NCBI GenBank assembly: GCA_016185525.1
Contig: JACPNK010000006.1
Coordinates: 115,440 to 179,439 of the forward strand
Length of the DNA: 64,000 bases
Origin: Candidatus Yanofskybacteria bacterium
Lineage (GTDB): Bacteria > Patescibacteriota > Minisyncoccia > 2-02-FULL-40-12 > IGHO2-12-FULL-4
Direction of reading: 5' to 3'
Shown: positions 9,560-19,425 of the stretch, in pieces
Layout: every line of letters begins with the position of its first letter
Numbering within the stretch: position 1 is the first letter of the stretch
The notes under the pieces: generated by a model
What the model was told of the DNA's origin: nothing
The model's input: only the letters and a program-made list of their open reading frames with translations
Database searches by the model: none
Translations under genes and position numbers: made by a program

Positions 9560-10195
9560 TCATCTTCTGTTTTTGAACGCGTTTTGAAGAGTGATGGAGT
9601 CAACGTATTCCAGATAAGAACCGCTGGACAAACCTTTGGCCAGCCGGCTGGTTTTTATTTCCATCGGTTTCAGTATTTCTTCCAAGTATAAAGCGGTCGT
9701 CTCCCCTTGGGTGTTTGGGTTGGTGGCAAGAATAATCTCTAGTTCCTTGGTTTGTCCGGCTTGCGGTGAGTTCACTGAACCGTTTGTGTTATTTATTTTG
9801 AAATTTTCAACTCGCGACAAAAGTTCTTTTATTCGCAAGCTCCTTGGGAGCAAGCCTTCAACCGGATCTATGGCTCCGCCAAGGATATGGTACAGGCCGC
9901 GGTACAAGCCTGTTTTTTCTATTGAGCCGAGATCTGTAATTTTTTCCACTACGCATATTTTGGCTTGTTCTCTTTTGGGGTCGGAGCAAATTTGACATTT
10001 TGTTTCTTCGCTAAGGTTAAAACAGTCCTGGCACAGGCTGATACCTTCTGCTAAGTCCATAAGATTTTGGGAAAATTGTTTGACTTCTGTTTTCGGCCAG
10101 CTCAAAAGCGCAACGACAATTCTGGTTGCCTGCCTTGGTCCTATGCCTTGCAGTTTGGAAAAATATTCAACAGATTTTTTAAATTTGAGGGACAC
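9560..10195 (-). CDS. recR: Recombination mediator RecR
   Basis: LQGIGPRQA, CQDC...CQIC, ICVVE, YHILGG, ATNPNTQGETTA; probable GTG start at 10195. Confidence 0.93.
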   Translation of the reverse strand: MSLKFKKSVEYFSKLQGIGPRQATRIVVALLSWPKTEVKQFSQNLMDLAEGISLCQDCFNLSEETKCQICSDPKREQAKICVVEKITDLGSIEKTGLYRGLYHILGGAIDPVEGLLPRSLRIKELLSRVENFKINNTNGSVNSPQAGQTKELEIILATNPNTQGETTALYLEEILKPMEIKTSRLAKGLSSGSYLEYVDSITLQNAFKNRR

Positions 10196-10210
10196 AGTAA
10201 AAAAGTAACT

Positions 10211-10289
10211 ACAGATTTGCGTGTATGCCTCTTTTTTGCGTCGGACTGTCGCCGCCGAACTGCAAAAGAGGCACACACGCCAAATCTGT
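10211..10289. repeat. ~79-bp hairpin element (same family as the priA insertion at 29548-29626)
   Basis: ACAGATTTG-CGTGTATGCCTCTT...AAGAGGCACACACGCCAAATCTGT with loop TGCGTCGGACTGTCGCCGCCGAACTGCA. Confidence 0.85.
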
Positions 10290-10307
10290 TATAATTTAAG
10301 CCGTTAT

Positions 10308-11651
10308 CTATATATTACGTGCTAAATTTTTAAATGATGTGCTGTCTTCATCAAAAAACAACTCGACAATTCCAGTAGGTCCGTTTCTGTGTTTTTCAAT
10401 CATAATTTCTGCTATGCCCTTTTTTTCTGATTCTTTTTTAATCTTGTCTTCCCGATAGATCAGCAAAACCACGTCGGCGTCTTGTTCAATACTGCCGGAA
10501 GACCTTAAGTCCGATAGTTTTGGCCTTTGATCTGTGCGCATTTCTGAACTTCTTGAAAGTTGGGAAATGGCCAAGATTGGTATGTTTAGCTCTTTGGCAA
10601 GGGCTTTTAAGTTTCTGGAAATTTCGGTGATTTGCTGGACCTCGCTGTCGATTGCCCGAGTCGGACGTATGAGTTGCAGATAGTCAACTACCAGCAAGCC
10701 TAAGCCGTGTTCGGCTTGAAGCCTTCGGGTCATTGCTCTCATCTGCAATATTGTGGGCGAGGGGATGTCTTCAATAAAAATCGGCGCTTGAGCGAGACGG
10801 TCAAGCGCGGCGGCGATCTTTTCAAAGTCGTTGCCGTCGCCTTCCGAGGAAAGTTTGCCGGTTCTCAATTTCCATAAATTGATATTGGCTTCGGAGGCAA
10901 TCAAGCGGTCAACGATTTGTTCTTTGGCCATTTCTATGCTGAATATTCCTACCGGGACTTTTTCATGCAAAGCGACATGTTTTACAATATCGAGAGCCAA
11001 GCTGGTTTTACCTAAGGACGGTCTGGCGGCCAAGACAATAAGGTCTGATTTCTGCAAACCGGCAAGATAGTTATCCAGGTCATAAAATCCGGTTGAGTAG
11101 CCTCTTAACTTTCCGTCGCCTTTGTGCAGGCGGTCCATTCTTTCAAAAGCCTCTTTTATCAGGGGGCCGCCAATATGGGCAAAAGAAGGTAGGCTTGATT
11201 TTTGAGAGATTGAAAAAAGTCTTTGTTCGGCTTGGTCTAAAATGTTTTCTATCTCTTCATCTTCCTGATAACCCAAACCAATTATGTGGTGGGCGGAATC
11301 AATCAGGTCGCGCAGGATTTTTTTTCTTTCCACAATTTTTGCGTAATGGATTATGTGGGAAGCGGTAGGCACGGAGTTGATTAGTGAAGTTAAATAACCG
11401 GCGCCGCCTATAGTTTCCAACTCTCCGGCTTCTTCCAGTTTGTTGGATAAGCTTAAAAGGTCAATCGGCTGTCTTTTGTCAAAAAGTTCTGACATGGCGG
11501 AAAAAACGATCTGGTGGGCTCGGCTGTAGAAATCTTCCGGCCGCAAGAAATCAGCAATTTTATTAATCGCTTCTTTGTCAATCAGAATGGAACCTAACGT
11601 TGACCTTTCGGCTTCTATGTTTTGCGGCGGTAAAGAATCTTTGGGAATCAT
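10308..11651 (-). CDS. dnaB: Replicative DNA helicase
   Basis: PPQNIEAE, AARPSLGKTS, VVDYLQL, SQLSR, SGSIEQDAD, KHRNGPTG. Confidence 0.97.
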   Translation of the reverse strand: MIPKDSLPPQNIEAERSTLGSILIDKEAINKIADFLRPEDFYSRAHQIVFSAMSELFDKRQPIDLLSLSNKLEEAGELETIGGAGYLTSLINSVPTASHIIHYAKIVERKKILRDLIDSAHHIIGLGYQEDEEIENILDQAEQRLFSISQKSSLPSFAHIGGPLIKEAFERMDRLHKGDGKLRGYSTGFYDLDNYLAGLQKSDLIVLAARPSLGKTSLALDIVKHVALHEKVPVGIFSIEMAKEQIVDRLIASEANINLWKLRTGKLSSEGDGNDFEKIAAALDRLAQAPIFIEDIPSPTILQMRAMTRRLQAEHGLGLLVVDYLQLIRPTRAIDSEVQQITEISRNLKALAKELNIPILAISQLSRSSEMRTDQRPKLSDLRSSGSIEQDADVVLLIYREDKIKKESEKKGIAEIMIEKHRNGPTGIVELFFDEDSTSFKNLARNI

Positions 11652-11725
11652 AGCGCTCCAATTATACAAAAAAAATTCCCGGCAAGGAACTTTTCGGTTG
11701 ATAAGGTGTGGAAGTCTATTAAAAA

Positions 11726-13117
11726 CTATCTTGGTTTGACCAAGGGTCCATGCTCCGTGTCTTCTATTTGGTAGCCTTTTGAACTTATTTGCCGGCGCAG
11801 GTCGTCGGCTTCGGAGTAGCGCTTGTCTCGTCGCAGTTTCTCGCGCGTATCAATCATATCCAAGATCTCATTCGGGGTCTTTTTTGTTTTTCTGGGGATT
11901 ATGCCCAAAATGTTGTTGAACTCTTCAAAAAGTTTTTTTATTTTTTTGGCTGATTTTTTATCAACTTTATTTTCAGCCAACAATGGATTTAACTCTTTTA
12001 TCATTTTAAAAATAGCGGCAATGGCTTGAGGAGTGTTAAAATCGTCGTCCATAGCTTCCAAGAATTCCTTCCTTGTTTCAAGCAAGATTTCCCCTGCGCC
12101 ACTGAGAAGTTGAACTTCTAAGCGGCGGATATTTGATAATTTGCGCAGAAATTCTTCGATTCTTTGGATACCGGCCCAAGAAGATTTTATCGCTTCTTCG
12201 CGATAATCAATAGGCGAACGGTAGTGAGTGGACAAAACAAGAAAACGCAAAGCCTCTGCGGAATATTTTTTAAGAGTGTCTCTGATGGTTATAAAGTTGC
12301 CAAGAGATTTGGACATTTTCTGGCCGTTGATAGTCAGAAAACCGGTGTGGAGCCAATACTTTACAAAAGGTTTCTTGCCGGAAATTGACTCCATTTGGGC
12401 TATTTCCGCTTCGTGGTGAGGGAAAATTAAATCTCTGGCTCCGCCGTGCAGATCGTACTGCTCCCCGAAATGCTTTTCGGTAATTGCCGTGTCTTCAATG
12501 TGCCAGCCGGGCCGCCCTTCTCCCAGTTCTGTTTTCCATTTTGGTTCTCCCGGTTTTGAAAACTTCCACAAGTTAAAATCGCCCTTGTTCTTTTTATTGA
12601 CGCTTTCGTCTATGCGACTTACGGCATCTTCCGCGCTTTCGGTTGTGCGACCGGAAAGCTTGCCATATTCCGGAAATTTTTTTAAGTCAAAGTAAAAACC
12701 GTCACTAGGAATTTCGTAAGCAAAGCCTTTTTCCTTCAGCCTTTTAACTTGCGATACGATTTGTTTGATATACTTTGTCGCCGGAGCGTATTTATAGACA
12801 CTGGTAATGCCAAGCGATTTTACATCTTGGTAGTAAGCTTTTTCAAATTCTTTAGCCAGAGTCAGCGGTTCTTTGTTTTCCTGTTTGGCTTTCGCGATTA
12901 TTTTATCTTCTATGTCGGTAATGTTCTGCAGGTATTTAACCCTGTAGCCTTTGTATTTGAGGTATTTGGCGATGACGTCAAAAGAAATATAAGTACGCGC
13001 GTGGCCGATATGCGAGTAATCATAAACCGTCGGTCCGCAGACAAACATATTCACCTTTTTGCCTTGGCGCGGCACAAATTCTTCTTTTTGTCTGGTTAGA
13101 GAATTATAGATTTGCAT
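11726..13117 (-). CDS. cysS: Cysteine--tRNA ligase
   Basis: CGPTVYD, HIGH, GRPGWHIE, DLIFPHHE, KMSKSLGN, MDDDFNTP. Confidence 0.97.
   Translation of the reverse strand: MQIYNSLTRQKEEFVPRQGKKVNMFVCGPTVYDYSHIGHARTYISFDVIAKYLKYKGYRVKYLQNITDIEDKIIAKAKQENKEPLTLAKEFEKAYYQDVKSLGITSVYKYAPATKYIKQIVSQVKRLKEKGFAYEIPSDGFYFDLKKFPEYGKLSGRTTESAEDAVSRIDESVNKKNKGDFNLWKFSKPGEPKWKTELGEGRPGWHIEDTAITEKHFGEQYDLHGGARDLIFPHHEAEIAQMESISGKKPFVKYWLHTGFLTINGQKMSKSLGNFITIRDTLKKYSAEALRFLVLSTHYRSPIDYREEAIKSSWAGIQRIEEFLRKLSNIRRLEVQLLSGAGEILLETRKEFLEAMDDDFNTPQAIAAIFKMIKELNPLLAENKVDKKSAKKIKKLFEEFNNILGIIPRKTKKTPNEILDMIDTREKLRRDKRYSEADDLRRQISSKGYQIEDTEHGPLVKPR
12097..12127. repeat. RAYT-associated palindrome in-frame inside cysS
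   Basis: CGCCACTGAGAAGTT-G-AACTTCTAAGCGGCG; encodes RRLEVQLLSGA. Confidence 0.85.
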
Positions 13118-13359
13118 GATTTATTATATCTCCTTTAGTTTTTTTTGGAAAACACTATAGCAACCGAGAGTGAATTTAACAGTGTATCTTCCGAACCGCT
13201 CCATTTGTTTGTTTTCCTTCTGTAAGCCACCTTATTTTAATAGACTACAACAGCCTTATTGTCAAGAAGAGATGGGTGAATTCTCACTCTAACCGCATGA
13301 CTAAAAGAGTCAAAGCGATAAGAAGAATTTTTTTCGAGTTCAATATCGGCATCGGGACG

Positions 13360-14271
13360 TCAAATCCACTTTTTCACTTTAAAAATCATCAACATAACAA
13401 AGGTTCCGACACCCATCATGCCGATCAGAATCCAAAAATCCTGCTGGTGGCCCACCAAAGGCATGTTTTCAACGTTCATGCCCCAAATTGAAGCAAAAAG
13501 AGTCAAGGGAAAGACAATGACTGAAAACATAGTTAAAACCTTCATGATGTTGGACATCTTGTTTGAAAGAATGGATGCGTTGGTTTCGTGCAGTACCAGC
13601 AGAGTTTCAGTTTGGCTTTCAATCAGGCTTATGAGCCGGCTGTTGACGGTGTGAAGCTCGTGAAAGTAGGGGGCAATGTCTTCTCCGAAAAACTCTGAAG
13701 GGTTTTCCTTGATCTCCTCCAATATTTTAACATTTGGACCAACGATTCTTTTAAAATCAATGGCTTCTCTGCGGTATAAGGAAATTTCTGAAACCAGCTC
13801 TTCTTGTTTGCCCTTGAATATTTTGTGCTCCAACTCATCAACCTTTTTGATAATGTGGTCAAGCTGGGGGAAAAGAGACCGGAAAAGGTGGGTTAAGATT
13901 TTATATAGAAGAAAGTTGGTATTGCTTTTGAAAAATTCGTCACGGAGGGGTTCTTCAACGGAGAGTTCTTTTACCAGAGTTTCAAGGGCGTCAAAGTCGT
14001 TGTATTGGAAAAAAACCAGTTCGTCTTTTGTGATAATAAAGTCAATCTCACTTGCTTTTACTTCTTTTCCGGAGCGGTCAAACTGTGGGAAGCGGACAAT
14101 CAAAAGAGTGTGGCTTTGGTAGTTTTCAACTTTGGGATGGAAGGTGGGGTGGGCCAGCTCGTCAACGACCAAAGGATGAAAATTATAGTTGCTCTTTAAA
14201 AAATCTATTTCTTTTTCTCTGGGCTTTTTAAATGCCGTCAGAGTAATATTGTTGTGGCTGATTTTTTGCAT
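13360..14271 (-). CDS. corA: CorA-family Mg2+ transporter
   Basis: MKVLT...PLT...WGMN signature; two C-terminal TM helices. Confidence 0.92.
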   Translation of the reverse strand: MQKISHNNITLTAFKKPREKEIDFLKSNYNFHPLVVDELAHPTFHPKVENYQSHTLLIVRFPQFDRSGKEVKASEIDFIITKDELVFFQYNDFDALETLVKELSVEEPLRDEFFKSNTNFLLYKILTHLFRSLFPQLDHIIKKVDELEHKIFKGKQEELVSEISLYRREAIDFKRIVGPNVKILEEIKENPSEFFGEDIAPYFHELHTVNSRLISLIESQTETLLVLHETNASILSNKMSNIMKVLTMFSVIVFPLTLFASIWGMNVENMPLVGHQQDFWILIGMMGVGTFVMLMIFKVKKWI

Positions 14272-14331
14272 ATACCACATTGTATCAAAAAAAAGTTAAG
14301 ACAAAAACATGGCCTGTTGTTTTATGAACAG

Positions 14332-14368
14332 TTAGCACTCTTGACACGAGAGTGCTAACTGCTAAAAT
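14332..14368 (+). promoter_or_regulatory. CIRCE operator overlapping a sigma70 promoter
   Basis: Perfect TTAGCACTC-N9-GAGTGCTAA (14332-14358); the spacer begins with TTGACA; TG-n-TAAAAT at 14360-14368. Confidence 0.95.
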
Positions 14369-14377
14369 GGAAACAAT

Positions 14378-15121
14378 ATGACGGACAGGCAGAAACAAAT
14401 TTTAGAGGAGCTGATCAGGGAGTATGTGAAAGGCGCTGAACCCGTCAGCTCTAATTTTTTGGCAGGAAAATGTGCCCGCCTGCCGGACGGGCAGGGTTTT
14501 GACTGCAGTCCAGCGACAATAAGGGCGGAGATGTTAAATTTGGAAAAGGAGGGTTTTCTTGCCCAGCCACACACTTCAGCCGGCCGTATTCCGACCGATA
14601 AGGCCTACAGATATTTTGTTGATTATCTTTTGAAGGAGAAAGAAGAGATTTTGCCGGAGAAAGATCGTAAAGCGATAGACAAAACTATTTCTTCTGCCTC
14701 GCGCGATCCGCATGCTTTAAGTTCCGGTTTGGCCAAGACTATGGCCGGTCTAACTGACGATTTTGTAATTAGCGGCATTCCTGATACGGGGGAGTTTTTC
14801 CGTGTTGGTTTTTCCAATATCTTTGAGTTGCCTGAATTTCAGGAAACAGAAGATGTGCTTGGACTGGGAAATATGTTTGATGAATTTGAAAACTATTTTG
14901 AATCATTTTTTGATAAGATAGAAAGAAATGAACTGCTCGTTTCTATAGGCAGAGAGAATCCGACCGGCGAAGTAAGCAACGAGACGGTAATTATCGCCAG
15001 CTATCCGTTGCCTATGGGTTATGAGGGCATATCGGCTGTAATCGGTCCAATGAGAATGGCTTACGACAGAAATATGGCCTTATTAAAATATGTAGCAAAA
15101 AGGATGAACCAATTAAGATAA
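14378..15121 (+). CDS. hrcA: Heat-inducible repressor HrcA (short form)
   Basis: RQKQIL, EPVSS, SPATIR, QPHTSAGRIPTDKAYR, VIGPMRMAY. Confidence 0.95.
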   Translation: MTDRQKQILEELIREYVKGAEPVSSNFLAGKCARLPDGQGFDCSPATIRAEMLNLEKEGFLAQPHTSAGRIPTDKAYRYFVDYLLKEKEEILPEKDRKAIDKTISSASRDPHALSSGLAKTMAGLTDDFVISGIPDTGEFFRVGFSNIFELPEFQETEDVLGLGNMFDEFENYFESFFDKIERNELLVSIGRENPTGEVSNETVIIASYPLPMGYEGISAVIGPMRMAYDRNMALLKYVAKRMNQLR

Positions 15122-15203
15122 CTGTTACAAGTTGTAGGTTATAGGTTTTATGTCTCCCAGAAAATATAAAAAACTTATAACTTATAACTTATAACTTATA
15201 ACA
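15122..15203. repeat. Inverted heptamer array
   Basis: AGTTGTA GGTTATA GGTTTTA ... (ACTTATA)x4. Confidence 0.75.
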
Positions 15204-17882
15204 ATGTTGTGCGATATTTGCAAAAAAAATCAGGCAACCGGCAGAGTAACGGTCATCAAGAACGGCGCCAGAGAAGTCAAAAACATCTGCCGGCAGTGTT
15301 CGCAAAATTCTTCCGGCTTGGGCGGTTTTAACAGAGGCGGCCGGTCTTCTTCTTACGGCGGCGGTCTCAATGATATTTTTGGGGGTCTTTTGGGTGATAT
15401 ATTCGGACAAGGCGAGGGTCTTGGCGCTCAAGATTTAAATCTGCCGGGTTGGGGCGGGCAGGGACCGTCGGAGGAAAGGATAGACTTTAACGATTATCTT
15501 TCTGACGAAGCCAGTCGGGTTTTGGACAGAGCCGCAAAATTCGCCCAAGACAGTAAAAACCCGGTTGTTGATACCGAGCATCTTTTGCACAGTCTTTTGC
15601 AATCCGAGACCGTTGCTGGTATTTTGAAACAACTTAAAATTGAAACCAGGGACATAGAGAAGGAACTGAAAGAAAACATCGTTTTGGGCAAAGAAAGACC
15701 GGAAGAGCTAGAGTATTCACCGCGCTTAAAAAGGATTTTTGATCTTTCTTTGGATGAGGCCAGGGCACTTAATCATAATTATATCGGTCCGGAACACTTG
15801 GCGCTTGCTTTAGTTAAAGAAGGCGAAGGCGTGGCCAGCCAGGTTTTGAAGAAGTTTGGGTTAGTTGATGCCGGTGTTTTGAGGCAAAAAGTTATTAAAA
15901 AAGTAGGCAGGGGAAACGCGGAGAGCGTAATCAAAATGAACACTCCGACTCTGGACAAATTTTCCAGAGATCTGACCCAGCTTGCCAGAGAGGGCAAGTT
16001 GGATCCGGTTATAGGCAGGTCAAAAGAGATTGAAACAGCCGTGGAAATTTTATCCCGTAGAACAAAAAATAATCCGGTATTAATCGGTGAGCCGGGAGTG
16101 GGTAAAACAGCCATTGTTGAGGGGCTGGCGCAAAGGATTGTCGCCGGCAATGTTCCGGAGTCGTTATTCGGCAAAAGAGTGGTTGAACTGGACTTGGCGG
16201 CTATTTTATCCGGCACCCGTTTCCGAGGCGATATGGAAGAACGGTTAAAAATGATTATTGACGAAATTAAAGACAACAAAGACAAACTGGTTACTTTTAT
16301 TGACGAGATACATCTTTTGGTCGGTATAGGTTCAGGTGGGGAATCAAGCATGGATGCGGCAAATATTTTTAAACCATCTTTGGCTCGTGGCGAACTGCAC
16401 GTTATGGGGGCGACGACTTTGAAAGAGTACAAAAAATATATTGAAAAAGATCAGGCTTTGGAAAGGCGTTTCCAGCCGATTACTGTGCCGGAACCTACGG
16501 TAGAGCAGACAATAGAAATTCTTAGGGGTTTGCGCGACAGATACGAATCGCATCACCGGATTAAAATTTTAGATGAGTCTTTGGTTGCCGCCGCCGAACT
16601 TTCTAACAGGTATATCACTTCCAGATTTTTACCCGATAAGGCTATTGATTTAATGGACCAGGCGGCCGCTCGGGTCAGAATACAATCTACCGTGGAACCG
16701 GATGAAGTCAGGGGAATGGATGAAAAAATCCACTCCTTAAAAAAGGAACTGGAGGCGGTTCAGCGTTCAAAGAAAACCAAAGAATTTGAAGCGATAAAAA
16801 AGGAAATCTCCGATCTTGATAAAAAAAGAGAGAGTTCTTTTGACAAGTGGCAGGAGCAGAAAGCCAGGACAATACCGGAGGTTAACGCTAAGTCAATCGC
16901 AGAAGTGGTATCCAGGCTGACTGGCGTACCGGTCAGCGACTTAACCGAAGAGGAAAGAGAAAAACTTTTAAATCTTGAGAAAAAACTGGGCTCCAGGGTA
17001 ATTGGCCAAGGGGAAGCTATTGAAGCGGTCTCGCAGGCAATAAGGCGTTCCAGAGCGGGTCTAGGCGATCCAAACAGGCCTATTTCCTCATTCCTTTTCT
17101 TGGGGCCGACCGGAGTCGGTAAAACTGAACTTTCCCGTTCTTTGGCTTTTGTCTTGTTTGGCGATCAGGAAGCGATGATCAGACTGGACATGTCCGAATA
17201 TATGGAGAGGCACAACGTTGCTCGGCTGGTAGGCGCGCCTCCGGGGTATGTCGGCTACGAGGAAGGCGGACAACTGACCGAAGCGGTGCGCCGCCGTCCG
17301 CACTCAATAATTCTTTTGGATGAAATTGAAAAAGCACATCCGGATGTTTTTAATATTCTGCTCCAGGTTTTAGAGGATGGCCGTCTGACAGACGGTCAAG
17401 GACGTTTGGTTGATTTTTCAAATACCGTGATAATCGCCACCAGCAATATCGGTTTTGAGCTGATTCAGCACGAATTTGACAAAGAAGAAAAAAAGAGAAT
17501 GCCTTACGAAGAGTTAAGAACAAAAATTAAAGAAGAACTCAAGCATCATTTCAGGCCGGAGTTTCTTAATCGCATAGACGAAATAATTGTTTTCAGAAGT
17601 TTGTCAAAAGAACAGATAGGCCAGATTGTTAAATTACAGCTGGTTTTCCTGAAGGCCAAATTAAACCACTCCGGTTTTGGTTTGGAAGTAAGCCAGCCGG
17701 CTGTTGATGCCATTGTTGAAAAAGGTTACGACCCGCATTTTGGGGCAAGAGAACTAAGGCGGATTATTCAAAGAGAGGTTGAAAATAGGATTTCCGACAT
17801 GATACTTAAAGATAGACCCAAGAAGGGTTCGGTCGTAGATGTGGATTTTAAAAACAAAGAGTTTGTTCTATCATTGAAGTAA
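15204..17882 (+). CDS. Hsp100 AAA+ chaperone with N-terminal Zn-finger; ClpG/ClpK-like (ClpC/ClpB clade)
   Basis: CDIC...CRQC N1 domain, Gly-rich linker, Clp_N repeats (VDTEHLL, YIGPEHL), two Walker A motifs (GEPGVGKT, GPTGVGKT), short middle coiled coil. Confidence 0.85.
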   Translation: MLCDICKKNQATGRVTVIKNGAREVKNICRQCSQNSSGLGGFNRGGRSSSYGGGLNDIFGGLLGDIFGQGEGLGAQDLNLPGWGGQGPSEERIDFNDYLSDEASRVLDRAAKFAQDSKNPVVDTEHLLHSLLQSETVAGILKQLKIETRDIEKELKENIVLGKERPEELEYSPRLKRIFDLSLDEARALNHNYIGPEHLALALVKEGEGVASQVLKKFGLVDAGVLRQKVIKKVGRGNAESVIKMNTPTLDKFSRDLTQLAREGKLDPVIGRSKEIETAVEILSRRTKNNPVLIGEPGVGKTAIVEGLAQRIVAGNVPESLFGKRVVELDLAAILSGTRFRGDMEERLKMIIDEIKDNKDKLVTFIDEIHLLVGIGSGGESSMDAANIFKPSLARGELHVMGATTLKEYKKYIEKDQALERRFQPITVPEPTVEQTIEILRGLRDRYESHHRIKILDESLVAAAELSNRYITSRFLPDKAIDLMDQAAARVRIQSTVEPDEVRGMDEKIHSLKKELEAVQRSKKTKEFEAIKKEISDLDKKRESSFDKWQEQKARTIPEVNAKSIAEVVSRLTGVPVSDLTEEEREKLLNLEKKLGSRVIGQGEAIEAVSQAIRRSRAGLGDPNRPISSFLFLGPTGVGKTELSRSLAFVLFGDQEAMIRLDMSEYMERHNVARLVGAPPGYVGYEEGGQLTEAVRRRPHSIILLDEIEKAHPDVFNILLQVLEDGRLTDGQGRLVDFSNTVIIATSNIGFELIQHEFDKEEKKRMPYEELRTKIKEELKHHFRPEFLNRIDEIIVFRSLSKEQIGQIVKLQLVFLKAKLNHSGFGLEVSQPAVDAIVEKGYDPHFGARELRRIIQREVENRISDMILKDRPKKGSVVDVDFKNKEFVLSLK

Positions 17883-17904
17883 GAGTTTCCGTATATAACA
17901 CTTA

Positions 17905-18678
17905 ATGACTAAGAAAATTTTATTGGCCGGAACCACTTGCGCTCTTTCTTTATTTTTTTGGCTTAAGGCAAAACCGTGGATTGCCGATCCTCTGCGTTTT
18001 CAGGAGGTTGATGTCTGGCTTTGGCCGGTAGTTATGCTGATTGCTTACACTGCTTTGCTGGCTTTATCGCTTTTGCTTTTGCCGAAGCTTTATAAACTTC
18101 TTGCCATTTTTTTTAATCTCGCTATTTTTCTGATATTTTTTGGTGTAGATCAGGTTATTTTGGCGGGTGCTGGTTTGGCATTCTTGATTCAGTTATCGGC
18201 TGTCAAGGCGGTGCAAAACGCCGGCGAGAACTCCTTGCGCTTTAAATTTGTTCCAGCTTTAAAATCCGGAATTTCCAGACTGTTGACGAGCGTTTTTATT
18301 CTGATTTCTTTTGCTTACTTTTTAAGTCCCGGTGTTCAGGCTTCGGCGCAAAACAAGGAACTGCCGCAGGGCATAAGAAAAACCATCCAAATTGTGGTCG
18401 GCAACTACATTGGTGAAAATCTTGAAATCCAAAATCCGCGCCTGAAAGCTGAAACCAACAACTATATCATCAGCCAAGTTACAACTTTTTTACAGCCATA
18501 TTTTAAATTTTTGCCGCCCATCTTGGCTTTTGGTTTGTTTTTAATTTTGCAAGGCATAAGTGTAGTTTTTGTCTGGCTGGCGGTTCTGTTGGCTTTTATT
18601 GTTTTTTGGATTCTGAAAATGCGTGGTTTGGTTAAAATTGAAAAAAAACCAATGGAGGCCGAGATCATCAACTTTTAA
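17905..18678 (+). CDS. Polytopic membrane protein
   Basis: About 6-7 hydrophobic segments. Confidence 0.75.
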   Translation: MTKKILLAGTTCALSLFFWLKAKPWIADPLRFQEVDVWLWPVVMLIAYTALLALSLLLLPKLYKLLAIFFNLAIFLIFFGVDQVILAGAGLAFLIQLSAVKAVQNAGENSLRFKFVPALKSGISRLLTSVFILISFAYFLSPGVQASAQNKELPQGIRKTIQIVVGNYIGENLEIQNPRLKAETNNYIISQVTTFLQPYFKFLPPILAFGLFLILQGISVVFVWLAVLLAFIVFWILKMRGLVKIEKKPMEAEIINF

Positions 18679-18693
18679 CAGCCATATTAAATT

Positions 18694-19425
18694 ATGAATA
18701 AGGATTATTATACAATTTTAGGGATTTCATCCGGAGCCAGTCAGGAAGAAGTTCAGCGGGCTTACGAAAATATTGTTTACGACCCAAGCATGAATCATTC
18801 CAGAGAAACGATGATTGAGATTGAGGAAGCATATGCTGTTTTGTCTGAACCGGAGCTTCGTTTGCAATATGACCAGATTTATAAAATTCAGCCCAATTTG
18901 CTTAGAAATTTTGACGGTCTGGATGTTTCAAGGGCGAGCCAAAAATTTACAATGCCTCAACCGGATAAGATGCACAAGAATTTTGTCGGGTCAGACTTGA
19001 ACGGCTTGGAGGAGTCTTTAGCTGAAAATATTTTTGAAACGATACAGAACATTTTTTCTGATGTTGCCAAGTTGTCTGGAGACGGCGGACTAGCCGGATA
19101 TGCGGCAAGCCAAGCCGGAGAAGATATTATGGTTGACTTGCGCTTAAGCCCGAAAGAGGCTCTTGCAGGCGGTTATAAAGCTTTAGAATATAACTGTTAT
19201 ATAGAATGTACCGAGTGTCTTAAGTTTAAGCTGAACAAAGACTTCGAGCTATGCCCAAAGTGTAAAGGTGAAAAAAGGATTAGGGTTTTAAGAAGAGTTG
19301 AGGTCAAAATTCCGTCTAAAGTTAAAACCGGCACCTTGCTGAAAATAAAAGAAGAAGGGAGCTGCGGCCGGTCCGGTCTTTTACGCGGTGATTTGCTGGT
19401 CAAAGTGTTAGTTTCTAAGAAATGA
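18694..19425 (+). CDS. DnaJ-like protein with degenerate J-domain (no HPD)
   Basis: KDYYTILGIS...EIEEAYAVLSEPELRLQYD; GEDI, CTEC/CPKCKG, VKIP...GDLLV. Confidence 0.8.
   Translation: MNKDYYTILGISSGASQEEVQRAYENIVYDPSMNHSRETMIEIEEAYAVLSEPELRLQYDQIYKIQPNLLRNFDGLDVSRASQKFTMPQPDKMHKNFVGSDLNGLEESLAENIFETIQNIFSDVAKLSGDGGLAGYAASQAGEDIMVDLRLSPKEALAGGYKALEYNCYIECTECLKFKLNKDFELCPKCKGEKRIRVLRRVEVKIPSKVKTGTLLKIKEEGSCGRSGLLRGDLLVKVLVSKK

Noticed and set aside
10196-10276. N-terminal extension of RecR in the ORF track
   Set aside because: It is the open frame of the hairpin repeat; RecR similarity starts at GTG 10195
15779-16432. Long antisense ORF within the Clp gene, and similar shadow ORFs throughout the window
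   Set aside because: Antisense shadows of conserved genes with no motifs or expression signals
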